Assembly: GCA_028687915.1 (NCBI GenBank)
Contig: JAQTZF010000001.1
Span: 354,634 to 418,633 of the forward strand
DNA: 64,000 bases
Direction of reading: 5' to 3'
Source of the DNA: Candidatus Daviesbacteria bacterium
GTDB lineage: Bacteria; Patescibacteriota; Microgenomatia; Daviesbacterales; UBA10151
Within the stretch, counting starts at the first letter, position 1. Each line of letters begins with the position of its first letter. A model generated the notes under the pieces. It saw only the letters and a list, made by a program, of their open reading frames with translations, did not search any database and was not told where the DNA came from. The position numbers and the translations under genes were made by a program. Positions 17,573 to 27,276 of this stretch are shown here, piece by piece.

Positions 17573-18993
17573 TTAGACTTAACTACATATTTAGAAAATA
17601 TATATAATTCTTCTCCATATTTTTGAACTGTGTAATTTGAATCCTCCAAAAGTTGATCTTTTAAATTTTTTACACTGTCGTATCTTAACGGAGAAAATGC
17701 ATTTGGTGTTTGTCCTGGTGTGAGGTTTAAAACTATATAATCTGGATTAATAACTTTGTAATCAGGTCTAAATGTTTTAACATTTTGATGAGATAATCTT
17801 CCAGCCAGATCATTTTGGGTATAGATTACACCATCTTTAGGTATATTTTTTAAAAAGTCATCGACATATCGAGAATATTCATTTTGCTTATAAAAGTCAG
17901 GATTATAAAATAGTCCTAATGGTCCTCTTAAAATAAAACGATGTAATACTATGTTAGAAAATATAATTGTTAGAGCTAAAAGGGTAACTAATTTAGTATG
18001 TTTAAATTTATTTTCTAATATTTTAAAAATAGCTAATGCTCCAATAAATAATAAAGGAGAAAGGGGTGAATTATAATGCATTCCTAAATCCCAACGGGAA
18101 GAAAACGATGAAAGGACAAATCTTTCTAAAAAGTTTTCAAAGATTGCAGGAATAATTGTTATGTCAAAAATTGGTAAAAATCCAAAAGTTGCAAAAGAAT
18201 ATAACATAGTTTTGTATTTTAGATCAGGAAATAAAAAGGAGTTAATAAGACTAATAGGGTTATTAGGAAGGTTAGAACTAGAGTATAGATAAATACCTTG
18301 TGAAAAATAAGGAATAACTACTTTTAATGCCAAGTATCCCCAAACTAAGCTAATTAAAATTGTGAGCAGTGCTATTTTTTTGTTAGCTCTATCTTTAAGA
18401 TATATGTATAAACCAATACCTACTCCCAGTCCGGCAAAAGATTCTTTTAAACCAAGTAATATTATTAACATAATAAAATACCAAATCCATTTTTTTTGAT
18501 AGATAAATAAAAATATTAACATCAAAGGTAAAACAGAAAGTGTGGTGTCGTGAAATTCAGAGATCAGAGCATTCTGCAGGCCAACATAACCTAAGAAAGC
18601 AACAATGAGTGCGAAAATAGCCAAATTACTTTTTAAAGTTTTTTTAGCTAAAAAGTAAGCAATAAGTGCTCCTATTCCCACTAATAAAGACTGAGCTATA
18701 AGTAAAATTTCTTGTCTATTTGTAAACCAATATAAAGGGGATAGTAAAAATACGCTGGGTGAGAAATGACTTGCAAAAATCATTACGTTTTTATCTCCCA
18801 GTTCATGATGATCAACGATGGGTAATTGAAAATGAGCAACTTTCCAAATTGCTGAATCTATTACACCAAAATCATAATAGGCAGTTTGATGCTGCCAATA
18901 TCTGTTTAAAGAAACTGTAATAGCTGCAAAAGTATATAAAACTATAAATAGAATAGTTAAATAATTTAAAATCTTACCAATATTTAATTTCAT
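17569..18993 (-). CDS. DUF2079-like polytopic membrane protein
   Basis: 'YYDFGVIDSAIW' and 'HFSPSVFLLSPLYW' motifs typical of DUF2079. Many TM segments. Its stop overlaps the stop of 16073..17572 (convergent). Confidence 0.5.
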   Translation of the reverse strand: MKLNIGKILNYLTILFIVLYTFAAITVSLNRYWQHQTAYYDFGVIDSAIWKVAHFQLPIVDHHELGDKNVMIFASHFSPSVFLLSPLYWFTNRQEILLIAQSLLVGIGALIAYFLAKKTLKSNLAIFALIVAFLGYVGLQNALISEFHDTTLSVLPLMLIFLFIYQKKWIWYFIMLIILLGLKESFAGLGVGIGLYIYLKDRANKKIALLTILISLVWGYLALKVVIPYFSQGIYLYSSSNLPNNPISLINSFLFPDLKYKTMLYSFATFGFLPIFDITIIPAIFENFLERFVLSSFSSRWDLGMHYNSPLSPLLFIGALAIFKILENKFKHTKLVTLLALTIIFSNIVLHRFILRGPLGLFYNPDFYKQNEYSRYVDDFLKNIPKDGVIYTQNDLAGRLSHQNVKTFRPDYKVINPDYIVLNLTPGQTPNAFSPLRYDSVKNLKDQLLEDSNYTVQKYGEELYIFSKYVVKSN

Positions 18994-19508
18994 AAAGATA
19001 TGGGTATTTTGGAAATACTTACTGATTGAATTTTTTCATCATTATTTAACTTTGCAGTCATAAAAAAGAGAGATTTTTCTTCTACTAAATCCTTAAAGCA
19101 ATAATTTAAATCATCAACTAACTCGAAATTGCTATCTAAAACTTTATCCTTATTTATCCAAATCAATTTTCCATCATCTGTATTTTCTCCAAGAGGGATC
19201 TCTTTTGAGGTAATTTTAATCTTAAAAAAACACATAACCCAATCTTCGCTGTACCCACCCTCTAGTTTTACAATTCCTGCTAACTTAATATTTTCTGGAG
19301 AAACTTTGTAGCCTGTTTCTTCCTCTGTTTCTCTAATTGCAGCATCTAAATAATTTTCTCCTGGTTCAACTCTACCACCAACACCATTAAGTCTATTGGG
19401 GTCAAGCTTTTTATGTTTTCCTCTGTGTAAAAAGAGATAATCATCTCCACAATAAAGGAAATTTGTGACAGAACATTGAACTTTTCTAATATATTTTTCT
19501 TCGTCCAT
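18990..19508 (-). CDS. NUDIX hydrolase
   Basis: Nudix box 'GVGGRVEPGENYLDAAIRETEEETG'. Confidence 0.8.
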   Translation of the reverse strand: MDEEKYIRKVQCSVTNFLYCGDDYLFLHRGKHKKLDPNRLNGVGGRVEPGENYLDAAIRETEEETGYKVSPENIKLAGIVKLEGGYSEDWVMCFFKIKITSKEIPLGENTDDGKLIWINKDKVLDSNFELVDDLNYCFKDLVEEKSLFFMTAKLNNDEKIQSVSISKIPISL

Positions 19509-20086
19509 TAAATGCTAAGTTTTTTGATACGGTAAACAGTATGACCGCTTCTTTTCTTTACTTCTTTTACATTAAGTTGGTGTTCTCTTCCTATTTTTGG
19601 TATTAAACGGTTTAAAGCATTTACTACCACAACCCAAAGTTCTCCTTCAGGATTTAATTGTTTAAAAGGCTCTAATATAAACTCTTGTGTAATTGCTTCA
19701 TCTCCAATTTTTGCAGGAATGTTGGATACTATTAAATCAAATGTTGTATCTGTAACTTGTTCCATTCCAACACTGCCAAAAACATCTGCATTATGAATAT
19801 TGTTTTTTTCTATGTTTAATTTTGTATAACGTACCGCCAATAAGTCTCTGTCTACCATAGTGACTTTTGCCTGAGGGTATTTTTTAGCTAATACTATTCC
19901 CAGAGGTCCATAACCACAACCCAAATCGAGTATAGTTTTAGGACTGGTATGTAGATTAATGGAACGAAGTAATACATCTGTACCATGATCTACATCAAAT
20001 GTTGAAAATAAAGTATTTCCTACATTAAATGTAAAGTTTTCTTTATTAAAAGAGTACGTAATTTCTTTTTTAAAATATATATCCAT
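19508..20086 (-). CDS. Class I SAM-dependent methyltransferase (RsmC/small-MTase-like)
   Basis: 'ILDLGCGYGPLG' motif I, 'VTMVDRD' acidic loop, 'DLIVSNIP' motif IV. Confidence 0.75.
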   Translation of the reverse strand: MDIYFKKEITYSFNKENFTFNVGNTLFSTFDVDHGTDVLLRSINLHTSPKTILDLGCGYGPLGIVLAKKYPQAKVTMVDRDLLAVRYTKLNIEKNNIHNADVFGSVGMEQVTDTTFDLIVSNIPAKIGDEAITQEFILEPFKQLNPEGELWVVVVNALNRLIPKIGREHQLNVKEVKKRSGHTVYRIKKLSI

Positions 20087-20124
20087 GAGTGCAAGTATAT
20101 CCCAAAGCTAAAATAAAGTGAAAT

Positions 20125-20712
20125 CTATTCTTGAATAGCTAGCTGTTTGCGTCTTATAATGAGTATTAATGTAAATAATCCATTGGCTATTGCTAAGGAA
20201 ATAGGGTACAACCAAGTTATAATACTGTATTCCTGTAAAGCAAAAAAACTTAAACTATGTCTAAAAGTATTTAATTGATATGAAAATAAAGTTTCAGAAT
20301 AGGGTTTGTTCCATGATTTTCTGATGGTTGGAATATATCCCAAGACAGCAACGATTGAAACTAATATTATTGATAACACTGGTTGTTTAATCACTAACCA
20401 CAAAAAAAGAGCAATAAGCGAGAGGATAAAAAAGGTTGTATCGATTTTAGTAATATCTTTTTTGCCATTGCGTAATCCAAGTATAAATATGGTTGAGCAT
20501 GATAGAACAATTCCGAGTGTTACCCATGATCCTGTACCTGCTCCTGCACTAACTTGAAGACCAAATGTGATGGCAGCAACTAGTCCCCAAATAAACCAGG
20601 TATAAACATGTGGTGATGTTTTTTGTTTTAAGGTATCTCTAATATAAGGAACATAACCAAAAAAAGTGAGGAATATTGCAATTAGGCTAATATATATTTT
20701 TATATTCTCCAT
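20125..20712 (-). CDS. Hypothetical 6-TM membrane protein
   Basis: Hydrophobicity pattern only. Confidence 0.45.
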   Translation of the reverse strand: MENIKIYISLIAIFLTFFGYVPYIRDTLKQKTSPHVYTWFIWGLVAAITFGLQVSAGAGTGSWVTLGIVLSCSTIFILGLRNGKKDITKIDTTFFILSLIALFLWLVIKQPVLSIILVSIVAVLGYIPTIRKSWNKPYSETLFSYQLNTFRHSLSFFALQEYSIITWLYPISLAIANGLFTLILIIRRKQLAIQE

Positions 20713-20742
20713 GTATTCAGTATAACAACTTTATGCTGAAAT

Positions 20743-21909
20743 TTATGAAAAAATATAGAGTTCTTCTTCTGCTCTGGTAATAGCTGTATATAACCATCTG
20801 GCAAAAGTTTCATCTGTCATTTGTTTAAACCTTTCCTCGAAAAGAATAACTCTTTTTGCTTGTGAACCTTGGGCTTTATGTACTGTTATGGCATATCCAA
20901 AATCAAACAAATCACCTTGCATAATAGTTGCTCTTTTTTCTGTAAAATTCATTGGTGTATCAGAATTAAATTGATCTACGGAAATTAAACCATCATAATT
21001 TCCCTCTTCTCCATCCATGTTAATTTCTGCCTGATACCAACTTTTATCCTTTTTCTCAATATAAATTATTGTTCCAAGCATTCCATTAAAGATATGTTTT
21101 TTATGGTTATTACGCAAACAAATAACCCTATCACCTGATTTGGGATCAACAGATTCAAATCCTTTTGCCTGACGGATAAAATTATTTAACTTTCTTCTGG
21201 TACTGTTATAACCACAAAGGACTAAAGTATCACTATTTATATTCTGCAGCATTTCTTCCATCTGTTCTTGTCCATCAATATCACCACTCGAATATTTTTT
21301 GACATAAGGTGAATATTTTCCAGGTAAAATTTCTCCCTTTTCTCTTGCTTCAATAGAAAGATTAATAATTGGATTCTTTTTAGCTTGCCGGTGAATTTCT
21401 TCTAACCTTAAATCTGGTTTTTGCATCAAATTAAAACTTCCTTTAATTGGTGGTAATTGTCCGTGATCACCAACCACAATAATTGGTACATGATAAGAAA
21501 GAAGATGTTGCCAGACTGTTTCATCAACCATTGAAGCCTCATCAATAATAATTAAATCTCTATCTATTTCTTCTTTGGTTTGCCAGCCAATAATTTCTTC
21601 TTTGTCATTTACAATTGGGGAGTAAATTAAAGAATGAATTGTGCTAATGGAGTCTTCATTTGAAAGAGTGTCTTGGTTTTTTAATTTAGTTTTTAAGACC
21701 AGAGCAGCTTTACCTGTGTAACTAGCAAAGCCAATCTTTAGATCTTTATTTATTTTCTTTAATTCTTTTCTTAAAACAGCAATAAGAGTTGTTTTTCCTG
21801 TTCCTGCATATCCTCCCAGACTGACATATTGCATAGAATGCCTATCATTTTGGTACCAAAAAAGTAAATCTTTTAAAGCTTTTTGTTGGTCTGGAGATAG
21901 GGTAATCAT
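20743..21909 (-). CDS. RecD/Pif1-like SF1 DNA helicase (AAA_30 + UvrD_C-like)
   Basis: Walker A 'GGYAGTGKTT', Walker B 'IIIDEASMVD', 'VVGDHGQLPPI', and C-terminal 'ITVHKAQGSQ'. Confidence 0.7.
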   Translation of the reverse strand: MITLSPDQQKALKDLLFWYQNDRHSMQYVSLGGYAGTGKTTLIAVLRKELKKINKDLKIGFASYTGKAALVLKTKLKNQDTLSNEDSISTIHSLIYSPIVNDKEEIIGWQTKEEIDRDLIIIDEASMVDETVWQHLLSYHVPIIVVGDHGQLPPIKGSFNLMQKPDLRLEEIHRQAKKNPIINLSIEAREKGEILPGKYSPYVKKYSSGDIDGQEQMEEMLQNINSDTLVLCGYNSTRRKLNNFIRQAKGFESVDPKSGDRVICLRNNHKKHIFNGMLGTIIYIEKKDKSWYQAEINMDGEEGNYDGLISVDQFNSDTPMNFTEKRATIMQGDLFDFGYAITVHKAQGSQAKRVILFEERFKQMTDETFARWLYTAITRAEEELYIFS

Positions 21910-22005
21910 ATTAAGAGTTCTAATATATCAGATAGTAATCAGCAAGGAAACTCTATTAATTACTCTGGTTTATATGGATTTTTTTTGCTATACTAAGCAT
22001 GAATA

Positions 22006-22683
22006 ATGGCACGTTTTGCTAGCCCACAAAATAAGCTATTTGAATTCTTTTCAAATCATCAGCCTTTTACTTATAAAAAAGGTGAAATTGTCATCAGAGT
22101 TGGAGAAAATCCATCAAACGTCTTCTTTATAGAAGAAGGATATATAAAAGTATATTCTCTGACAGAATCAGGCGAAGAAAATCTTCATTTTATTTATAAA
22201 CCTTTTGAAATATTTCCTATTGTCTGGATGTTTAGTGAAAAAGCCTCACAGGTATTTTATGAAACAATGTGTTCAGCAAAGCTCCGAAAGGCTTCAAAAG
22301 ATGCTTTTTTAGAATTTTCTAAAATAAATTCTGACGTCATGTTTTCTCTGATGGAATACACTACAGATATTCTTCATGCTTTTTTTGAAAGAATTCATAA
22401 CTTGGGATTAACTAACTCCTACCCACGTATTATTACCAGACTACTTCTTTTGGCAAAACGATTGGGAAGAGAGGTAAATGGAAAGATTGTTTTTGATGTT
22501 CCAATGACACAAAAAGATATTGCAAATTCCATCAATATGACCCGTGAAACAGCTAGTAAAGAATTAAATAAATTAGCCAGAAAACGAATTCTTAAATGTA
22601 GTGATCGCTCTTCTTTGGAGATATATAATTTGGCAAAGCTTGAAAAACAACTTGCTTTACACTACGCAGAAAAATCATCTTAG
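22006..22683 (+). CDS. Crp/Fnr family transcriptional regulator
   Basis: N-terminal cNMP-binding beta-roll and C-terminal HTH 'QKDIANSINMTRETASKELNKL'. Confidence 0.75.
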   Translation: MARFASPQNKLFEFFSNHQPFTYKKGEIVIRVGENPSNVFFIEEGYIKVYSLTESGEENLHFIYKPFEIFPIVWMFSEKASQVFYETMCSAKLRKASKDAFLEFSKINSDVMFSLMEYTTDILHAFFERIHNLGLTNSYPRIITRLLLLAKRLGREVNGKIVFDVPMTQKDIANSINMTRETASKELNKLARKRILKCSDRSSLEIYNLAKLEKQLALHYAEKSS

Positions 22684-22808
22684 CCTCCATTACTCTTTGT
22701 CTGTGACTAATTTCACACACCATGTATATTTATTTTTATAGAAGGAAGTATTGTGCTGTCATACAATACGGCTGTACTTAAATTAATAAAAGGAAGGGGG
22801 TGAGGGAC

Positions 22809-23024
22809 ATGACAGACGACAGCACAAGAGGATTTGGTTCGATGGATGAAGAGAAGAGAAAAGAGATAGCTCGAAAAGGTGGTCAGGCATCACATGGTGG
22901 GCAAAATATGAAAGCATCTTCGGATATGGATGAAGGAAAAGGACGTCAGGGTGATCAGTCAGAAAATATGAAAATGGGGGAAGAAGGAATGGGTTCAGAA
23001 GATATGATGGGTGAAGGCAGCTAA
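22809..23024 (+). CDS. KGG-repeat general-stress (hydrophilin) protein
   Basis: 'RKGGQASHGGQ' KGG motif; highly hydrophilic with D/E/G/M-rich repeats. SD GGGGGTGAGGG precedes the ATG at 22809; the track start at 22800 is GTG. Visibly more GC-rich than its neighbours. Confidence 0.6.
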   Translation: MTDDSTRGFGSMDEEKRKEIARKGGQASHGGQNMKASSDMDEGKGRQGDQSENMKMGEEGMGSEDMMGEGS

Positions 23025-23037
23025 AATAACTTCTCCA

Positions 23038-23067
23038 AACAGGCTGTCTCCCGGGAGGCAGTCTGTT
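23038..23067 (+). terminator. Long plus-strand-specific hairpin AACAGGCUGUCUCCC/GGGAGGCAGUCUGUU downstream of the KGG gene
   Basis: 15-bp stem with two G.U pairs that become C-A mismatches on the other strand. No clear U-run follows. Confidence 0.35.
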
Positions 23068-23103
23068 GCATGGTAAGCAGGCTAATTAATAGTTTTGTAA
23101 GTA

Positions 23104-23985
23104 TTATTTAGGAATTATTATTCCTGAAACTGTTGTAGTATCTTTAGGAGGTGTTTCCCATTTTTGCCATAAATTCAAATACCATCCAGGAAATATATAT
23201 TTTTCTGGATTACGGTAAAAAATATTTGCATTAAGTTCTCCCCATATTTTATAAGCCTCAGGCCATTCATCTGTAGCTGGCCTTCTCATTAGAGAGGAAA
23301 CTTTACTTCTATCAACTAGGTCATCAATTCCAATTTTTGATAGATGAGTTATTTCTTCATCATTAGGAATATTTGCTAATCCAAATTCATCAGCTAACAT
23401 ATTCCAAAAAGGATATCTTTCAAATTTAGCTAAAGTTTTTCTTGAAAATTCTAGAAGAGATATATAGTCTTTATTTCCACATCGGATATCATGTAATATT
23501 TCACAAACTGCATCCCACTTATCTGCAACATCTACTATTTGCGCCTCAGGTGTTTCTTTTTGTATTAATTCACCTTGTTCAGAAACATAAAGTTTATATA
23601 AAGGGCTGTCTTCAGGATAGCAATATAAATATCTTGCTAAAGCTATTCCAGCTGTTTGTTCCTGTGCTTTTAAATGCTGAAGTTGTTCGATGCTCAGCTG
23701 TCTTTTAACTGGTGCAGGAATATCAGTTGTAATTAGCTCGGGATCATCATGTCTAAGTCCCATACGAAAAGTTTTTTGTGCATCCAAAGAGTAGGGTGTA
23801 TCAACTCTAGTTGAAATATAAATACTTAAAACTTTTGAAAGATATCCAACTCTTCTGATATGTGTCCAAAGATCTGGTCGGTGAATCATTTCTAGGCCGT
23901 CATACCGCTTAATATTTTGCATGCAATTTACCCACAAAAGATTGATATCATCTCCGTGACTTATTCCATCAATTCGATCTGGCAT
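23104..23985 (-). CDS. HD-domain phosphohydrolase (YfbR-like)
   Basis: 'H...LRHDDPELITTDIP' resembles the 'LHDAPEALLGD' of YfbR-type HD domains. Confidence 0.5.
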   Translation of the reverse strand: MPDRIDGISHGDDINLLWVNCMQNIKRYDGLEMIHRPDLWTHIRRVGYLSKVLSIYISTRVDTPYSLDAQKTFRMGLRHDDPELITTDIPAPVKRQLSIEQLQHLKAQEQTAGIALARYLYCYPEDSPLYKLYVSEQGELIQKETPEAQIVDVADKWDAVCEILHDIRCGNKDYISLLEFSRKTLAKFERYPFWNMLADEFGLANIPNDEEITHLSKIGIDDLVDRSKVSSLMRRPATDEWPEAYKIWGELNANIFYRNPEKYIFPGWYLNLWQKWETPPKDTTTVSGIIIPK

Positions 23986-24051
23986 AGTGGGGTGAATTGT
24001 AAGACTTGTCTTATAAATTGTAAATTGGCTAGGGAAGAAAATGATTCTTGA

Positions 24052-24606
24052 TTAGCTACTTATTGTTTTGCTAAAGAGTAATACTTCTTTGCCTGTTTCT
24101 TTATATCCAGCTCTTCTTAATACCTCCTGAGAAGGTTTATTAGTATTAGCAACAATACCATATAATTCTTGATAACCTAAATGATTAAATGCATAATCTG
24201 TAAGTAGATTTACAGCTTTTGTAGTATATCCTTTACCTGTTGCCTCTTTTCCTAAGTAGTAGCCAATTTCTCCTTTATGAGGATTGTCTTTTTCCGGAGT
24301 TAAATTAATACTACCAAGTAATGTTCCTTGTGCATCCCTTATTCCAAACCTCAGTCTGTCTGGATTAGACGGCTGCAAAATACTGATTTCAACTGACTCT
24401 AATGTAGGATACTTATCAGATGTGTCTTCCTCATTTTGTGATAGATGTTCTCTGTTTCTATCAATTAATTCAAAGATTTCTTGTGTATCTGAAGGACTGA
24501 ATTGTTTTAAGATTAACTCTCCATCAGAGGATGTTATTTCTATTAAAGGTTTACTGTGTGGGCTAGTTTCCTTAACTATGTTTACGTCATCCTTTTCTGT
24601 TGCCAT
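24052..24606 (-). CDS. GNAT family N-acetyltransferase (RimJ/RimL-like)
   Basis: 'GKEATGKGYTTKAVNLLTDYAF' acetyl-CoA binding motif A. Confidence 0.75.
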   Translation of the reverse strand: MATEKDDVNIVKETSPHSKPLIEITSSDGELILKQFSPSDTQEIFELIDRNREHLSQNEEDTSDKYPTLESVEISILQPSNPDRLRFGIRDAQGTLLGSINLTPEKDNPHKGEIGYYLGKEATGKGYTTKAVNLLTDYAFNHLGYQELYGIVANTNKPSQEVLRRAGYKETGKEVLLFSKTISS

Positions 24607-24712
24607 AACTTTATGAAATATATCATTATTAAAGCTATTTTTAAAGTGAAAGTAAATAAATTTTAGTTCTATTTTAATACCTACCCTTAAAATGTTAAAA
24701 TACGATAGTTAT

Positions 24713-24727
24713 TGCGGGATCGTCTAA
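24713..24727 (+). repeat. 15-nt exact direct repeat of the 5' end of tRNA-Gln (TGCGGGATCGTCTAA), 93 bp upstream of the gene
   Basis: Identical to 24806-24820. Followed by the perfect hairpin CGAAAC-tat-GTTTCG (24736-24750). Confidence 0.6.
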
Positions 24728-24805
24728 AGATAAGCCGAAACTATGTTTCGTCTTGCGAAAGCTTTGCTTTCTTAAGCAAGCTTGCCATTAGTCGATCTAA
24801 TATAA

Positions 24806-24876
24806 TGCGGGATCGTCTAATGGTAGGACGACAGCCTCTGAAGTTGTCTATCTTGGTCCGAATCCAAGTCCCGCAG
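24806..24876 (+). tRNA. tRNA-Gln (anticodon CUG)
   Basis: Manual fold: acceptor TGCGGGA/TCCCGCA, 3-bp D stem GTC/GAC with loop TAATGGTAG, anticodon stem ACAGC/GTTGT, loop CTCTGAA (U33, CUG, A37), T arm CTTGG-TCCGAAT-CCAAG, discriminator G. Closely parallels E. coli tRNA-Gln. CCA is not encoded. Confidence 0.8.
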
Positions 24877-24898
24877 CAGAGTTAATCAAAATTAGAAC

Positions 24899-25513
24899 AT
24901 GAAAATAGTTACCTTGGAAGTAGGAGGTTTGAAGACTAATTGTTATTTGGTTTCTTCAGGTGATGAAGTTGGGATAATTGATCCTGGTGATGATGCTGAT
25001 TATATTATTCGAAAGATTCAAACTGATAATTTAAAACCTGTTTGGATAGCAGTAACTCATGGGCATTTTGATCATGTTTTAGCAGTCTCAGAGCTAGCCC
25101 TAGCTTTTAATATTCCTTTTTATATGCATCCTGATGATGAATTTTTATTAAATCGAGCCAAAGAGACTGCAGAACACTTTTTAGGTGTTTATGCTGATCC
25201 TGTTTTAGTTGAACCTAAAGATTTAAAGGAAGGGGCGAAATTAAAGGTAGGTTCAGAGGAACTGGAGGTAATAGAAACTCCAGGGCATACTCCAGGTGGA
25301 ATTTGTTTATATTCTAAATCTAATAAGGCTTTATTTTGTGGTGATTTGATCTTTGATAGAGGCACAGTAGGCAGAACTGATTTTAAATATTCATCAGAAG
25401 AAAAGATGGAACAATCTATTAAAAAAATACTAAAATTACCTGAAAACGTAACTGTTTACCCAGGACATAGTGATAAAACATCGATTTTTTCCCACAAAAA
25501 AACTCGCACGTAG
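24899..25513 (+). CDS. MBL-fold metallo-hydrolase (glyoxalase II-like)
   Basis: 'VTHGHFDHV' HxHxDH motif, plus downstream 'GH' and 'D' ligands. Confidence 0.8.
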   Translation: MKIVTLEVGGLKTNCYLVSSGDEVGIIDPGDDADYIIRKIQTDNLKPVWIAVTHGHFDHVLAVSELALAFNIPFYMHPDDEFLLNRAKETAEHFLGVYADPVLVEPKDLKEGAKLKVGSEELEVIETPGHTPGGICLYSKSNKALFCGDLIFDRGTVGRTDFKYSSEEKMEQSIKKILKLPENVTVYPGHSDKTSIFSHKKTRT

Positions 25514-25521
25514 CGAGTTTT
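25499..25521 (+). terminator. Rho-independent terminator AAAACUCGC-acgua-GCGAGUUUU overlapping the stop codon of the MBL gene
   Basis: 9-bp stem. The run of Us forms the 3' arm of the stem. Confidence 0.5.
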
Positions 25522-25602
25522 CTTGAAAAACCTATTAAAAAAACAGGTGCATAATTTATATCATTACTTGTTTTCCGGGTCAACTGTGTCATAATATATC
25601 AC

Positions 25603-26166
25603 ATGAACATTAAGCAAGATAAAAACCCAAAAGAGATGCGAGATCGCCCTCTAATTTTTTTGGATATTGAATCAACTGGACTGGAGATTCAAAAACATGA
25701 AATTATTCAAATTGGAGCCTTAAAAACAGACAGCAAGAAGCCTTTTAAGATAGTAGATCAGATTAATATTAAAGTTAAGCCTGAAAGAATAGAAGATGCA
25801 GATAAAGACGCTTTAAAAATCGTAGGATATACAGAGGCAGGGTGGGAGAATGCAATTACCTTAAAAGAAGCCCTCGCTATTTTAGACAAATTTGCTTTGG
25901 GTGGAATTATTGTGGGCTACAATGTTAATTTTGATTGGGCAATTTTAAATCAAGCTTATCATGGTTTAGGCAGAGTTGATCCTTTTTATTATCATCGGGT
26001 AGATGTGATGTCGATGGCATATCTTAAGTTTTTCTCCAAAAAATCTATCAAGAGATTTTCTTTAGGAGAAATATGTACATATCTTGAGATTAAAAGAGAT
26101 GCAGCTCATGATGCTTTGGATGATGCCAGAGTAACTTATCTTGTCTTCAAAAAATTAATGAAGTAA
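25603..26166 (+). CDS. DEDD-family 3'-5' exonuclease (DnaQ/epsilon-like)
   Basis: Exo I 'FLDIESTGL', Exo II 'GYNVNFDWAIL', Exo III 'AHDALDDARV'. Confidence 0.75.
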   Translation: MNIKQDKNPKEMRDRPLIFLDIESTGLEIQKHEIIQIGALKTDSKKPFKIVDQINIKVKPERIEDADKDALKIVGYTEAGWENAITLKEALAILDKFALGGIIVGYNVNFDWAILNQAYHGLGRVDPFYYHRVDVMSMAYLKFFSKKSIKRFSLGEICTYLEIKRDAAHDALDDARVTYLVFKKLMK

Positions 26167-26177
26167 CATTATTCAAT

Positions 26178-26630
26178 ATGATTTATTTAGGAGCAGACCA
26201 TCGTGGATTTGAACTAAAACAAAAACTTTTTCAAAGATTAAAAGACGAAGGTATGATGGTTTCAGATTTAGGTAATGATCACCTTGACCCAAATGATGAT
26301 TACCCTGATTTTGCTGAAAAAGTAGCAGAGGCTACAGTTAGCTCTTTGGAAAATAAAGGAATACTTTTATGTGGTTCAGGTGTTGGTGTAGATATGGTAG
26401 CCAATAAAGTTCCTGGGGTACGTGCTGCTTTGGTAGATGATGTTACTGTAGCAAGGCAGTCAAGGGAACATGAAGATGTTAATGTTATATCTTTGCCTGC
26501 TGATGTATTAGATGAAGAAGAAGCTTGGAATATAATAAAGATATTTTTAAGTACTCCGTTTTCTGGTGATGAAAGACATATTCGACGTTTAGAAGAAGTA
26601 AAAGATATAGAAGAGAAGCATGCAAAATAA
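26178..26630 (+). CDS. rpiB: Ribose-5-phosphate isomerase B
   Basis: 'LGADHRGFELK' and 'LLCGSGVGVDMVANKVPGVRAAL' of the RpiB/LacAB family. Confidence 0.85.
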   Translation: MIYLGADHRGFELKQKLFQRLKDEGMMVSDLGNDHLDPNDDYPDFAEKVAEATVSSLENKGILLCGSGVGVDMVANKVPGVRAALVDDVTVARQSREHEDVNVISLPADVLDEEEAWNIIKIFLSTPFSGDERHIRRLEEVKDIEEKHAK

Positions 26631-27276
26631 CTTGATTATTCCCACAATACTTGCAACTACTGAAGAAGAGTATCAAAAAAAGGTTAACTTAATAAATCAA
26701 TCAGAAGATTTAAAAAATGGTTGGGTACAAATTGATATTATGGACAATAAATTTGTTCAAAATAAGAGTGTTGGTATTGATATAATAAAAAAATACCCTA
26801 TCAATTTAAAAGTAGAAGCTCATTTAATGGTGAATTACCCAGAGAATTGGATTGATGGATTGTTTGAGATTGGTGTAGATAGAATTATTTTTCCTGTAGA
26901 AGATAGTGAGGGGATAAAGGAAAGAATTACACATATTAAAAACCACGGGATTGAAGTAGGTTTAGCACTTAATCCTGAGACACCAGTAGAGAAAGTGATG
27001 CCATATATAGATTCAATTGATACTTTGCTTATTTTATCTGTTCATCCTGGTTTTGGTGGACAGGAATTTATTCCTGAAACTATTAATAAAATAAAACAAG
27101 TTGTACTTCAAAAAAATCAAAGTTCTTTTAAGATAGAGGTAGATGGGGGAATTACAGTAGATAATATAAAGGATATTGTAGAAGCAGGAGCAGATGGTAT
27201 AGTAATAGGAGAGAGACTAATTTATGGAGACATTAGAAAAAATCTGGAAGAAATTAACCAAAAACTTAATCGTTGA
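26620..27276 (+). CDS. rpe: Ribulose-phosphate 3-epimerase
   Basis: 'IDIMDNKFV', 'HLMV', 'SVHPGFGGQEF', 'VDGGI' motifs. Confidence 0.85.
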   Translation: MQNNLIIPTILATTEEEYQKKVNLINQSEDLKNGWVQIDIMDNKFVQNKSVGIDIIKKYPINLKVEAHLMVNYPENWIDGLFEIGVDRIIFPVEDSEGIKERITHIKNHGIEVGLALNPETPVEKVMPYIDSIDTLLILSVHPGFGGQEFIPETINKIKQVVLQKNQSSFKIEVDGGITVDNIKDIVEAGADGIVIGERLIYGDIRKNLEEINQKLNR

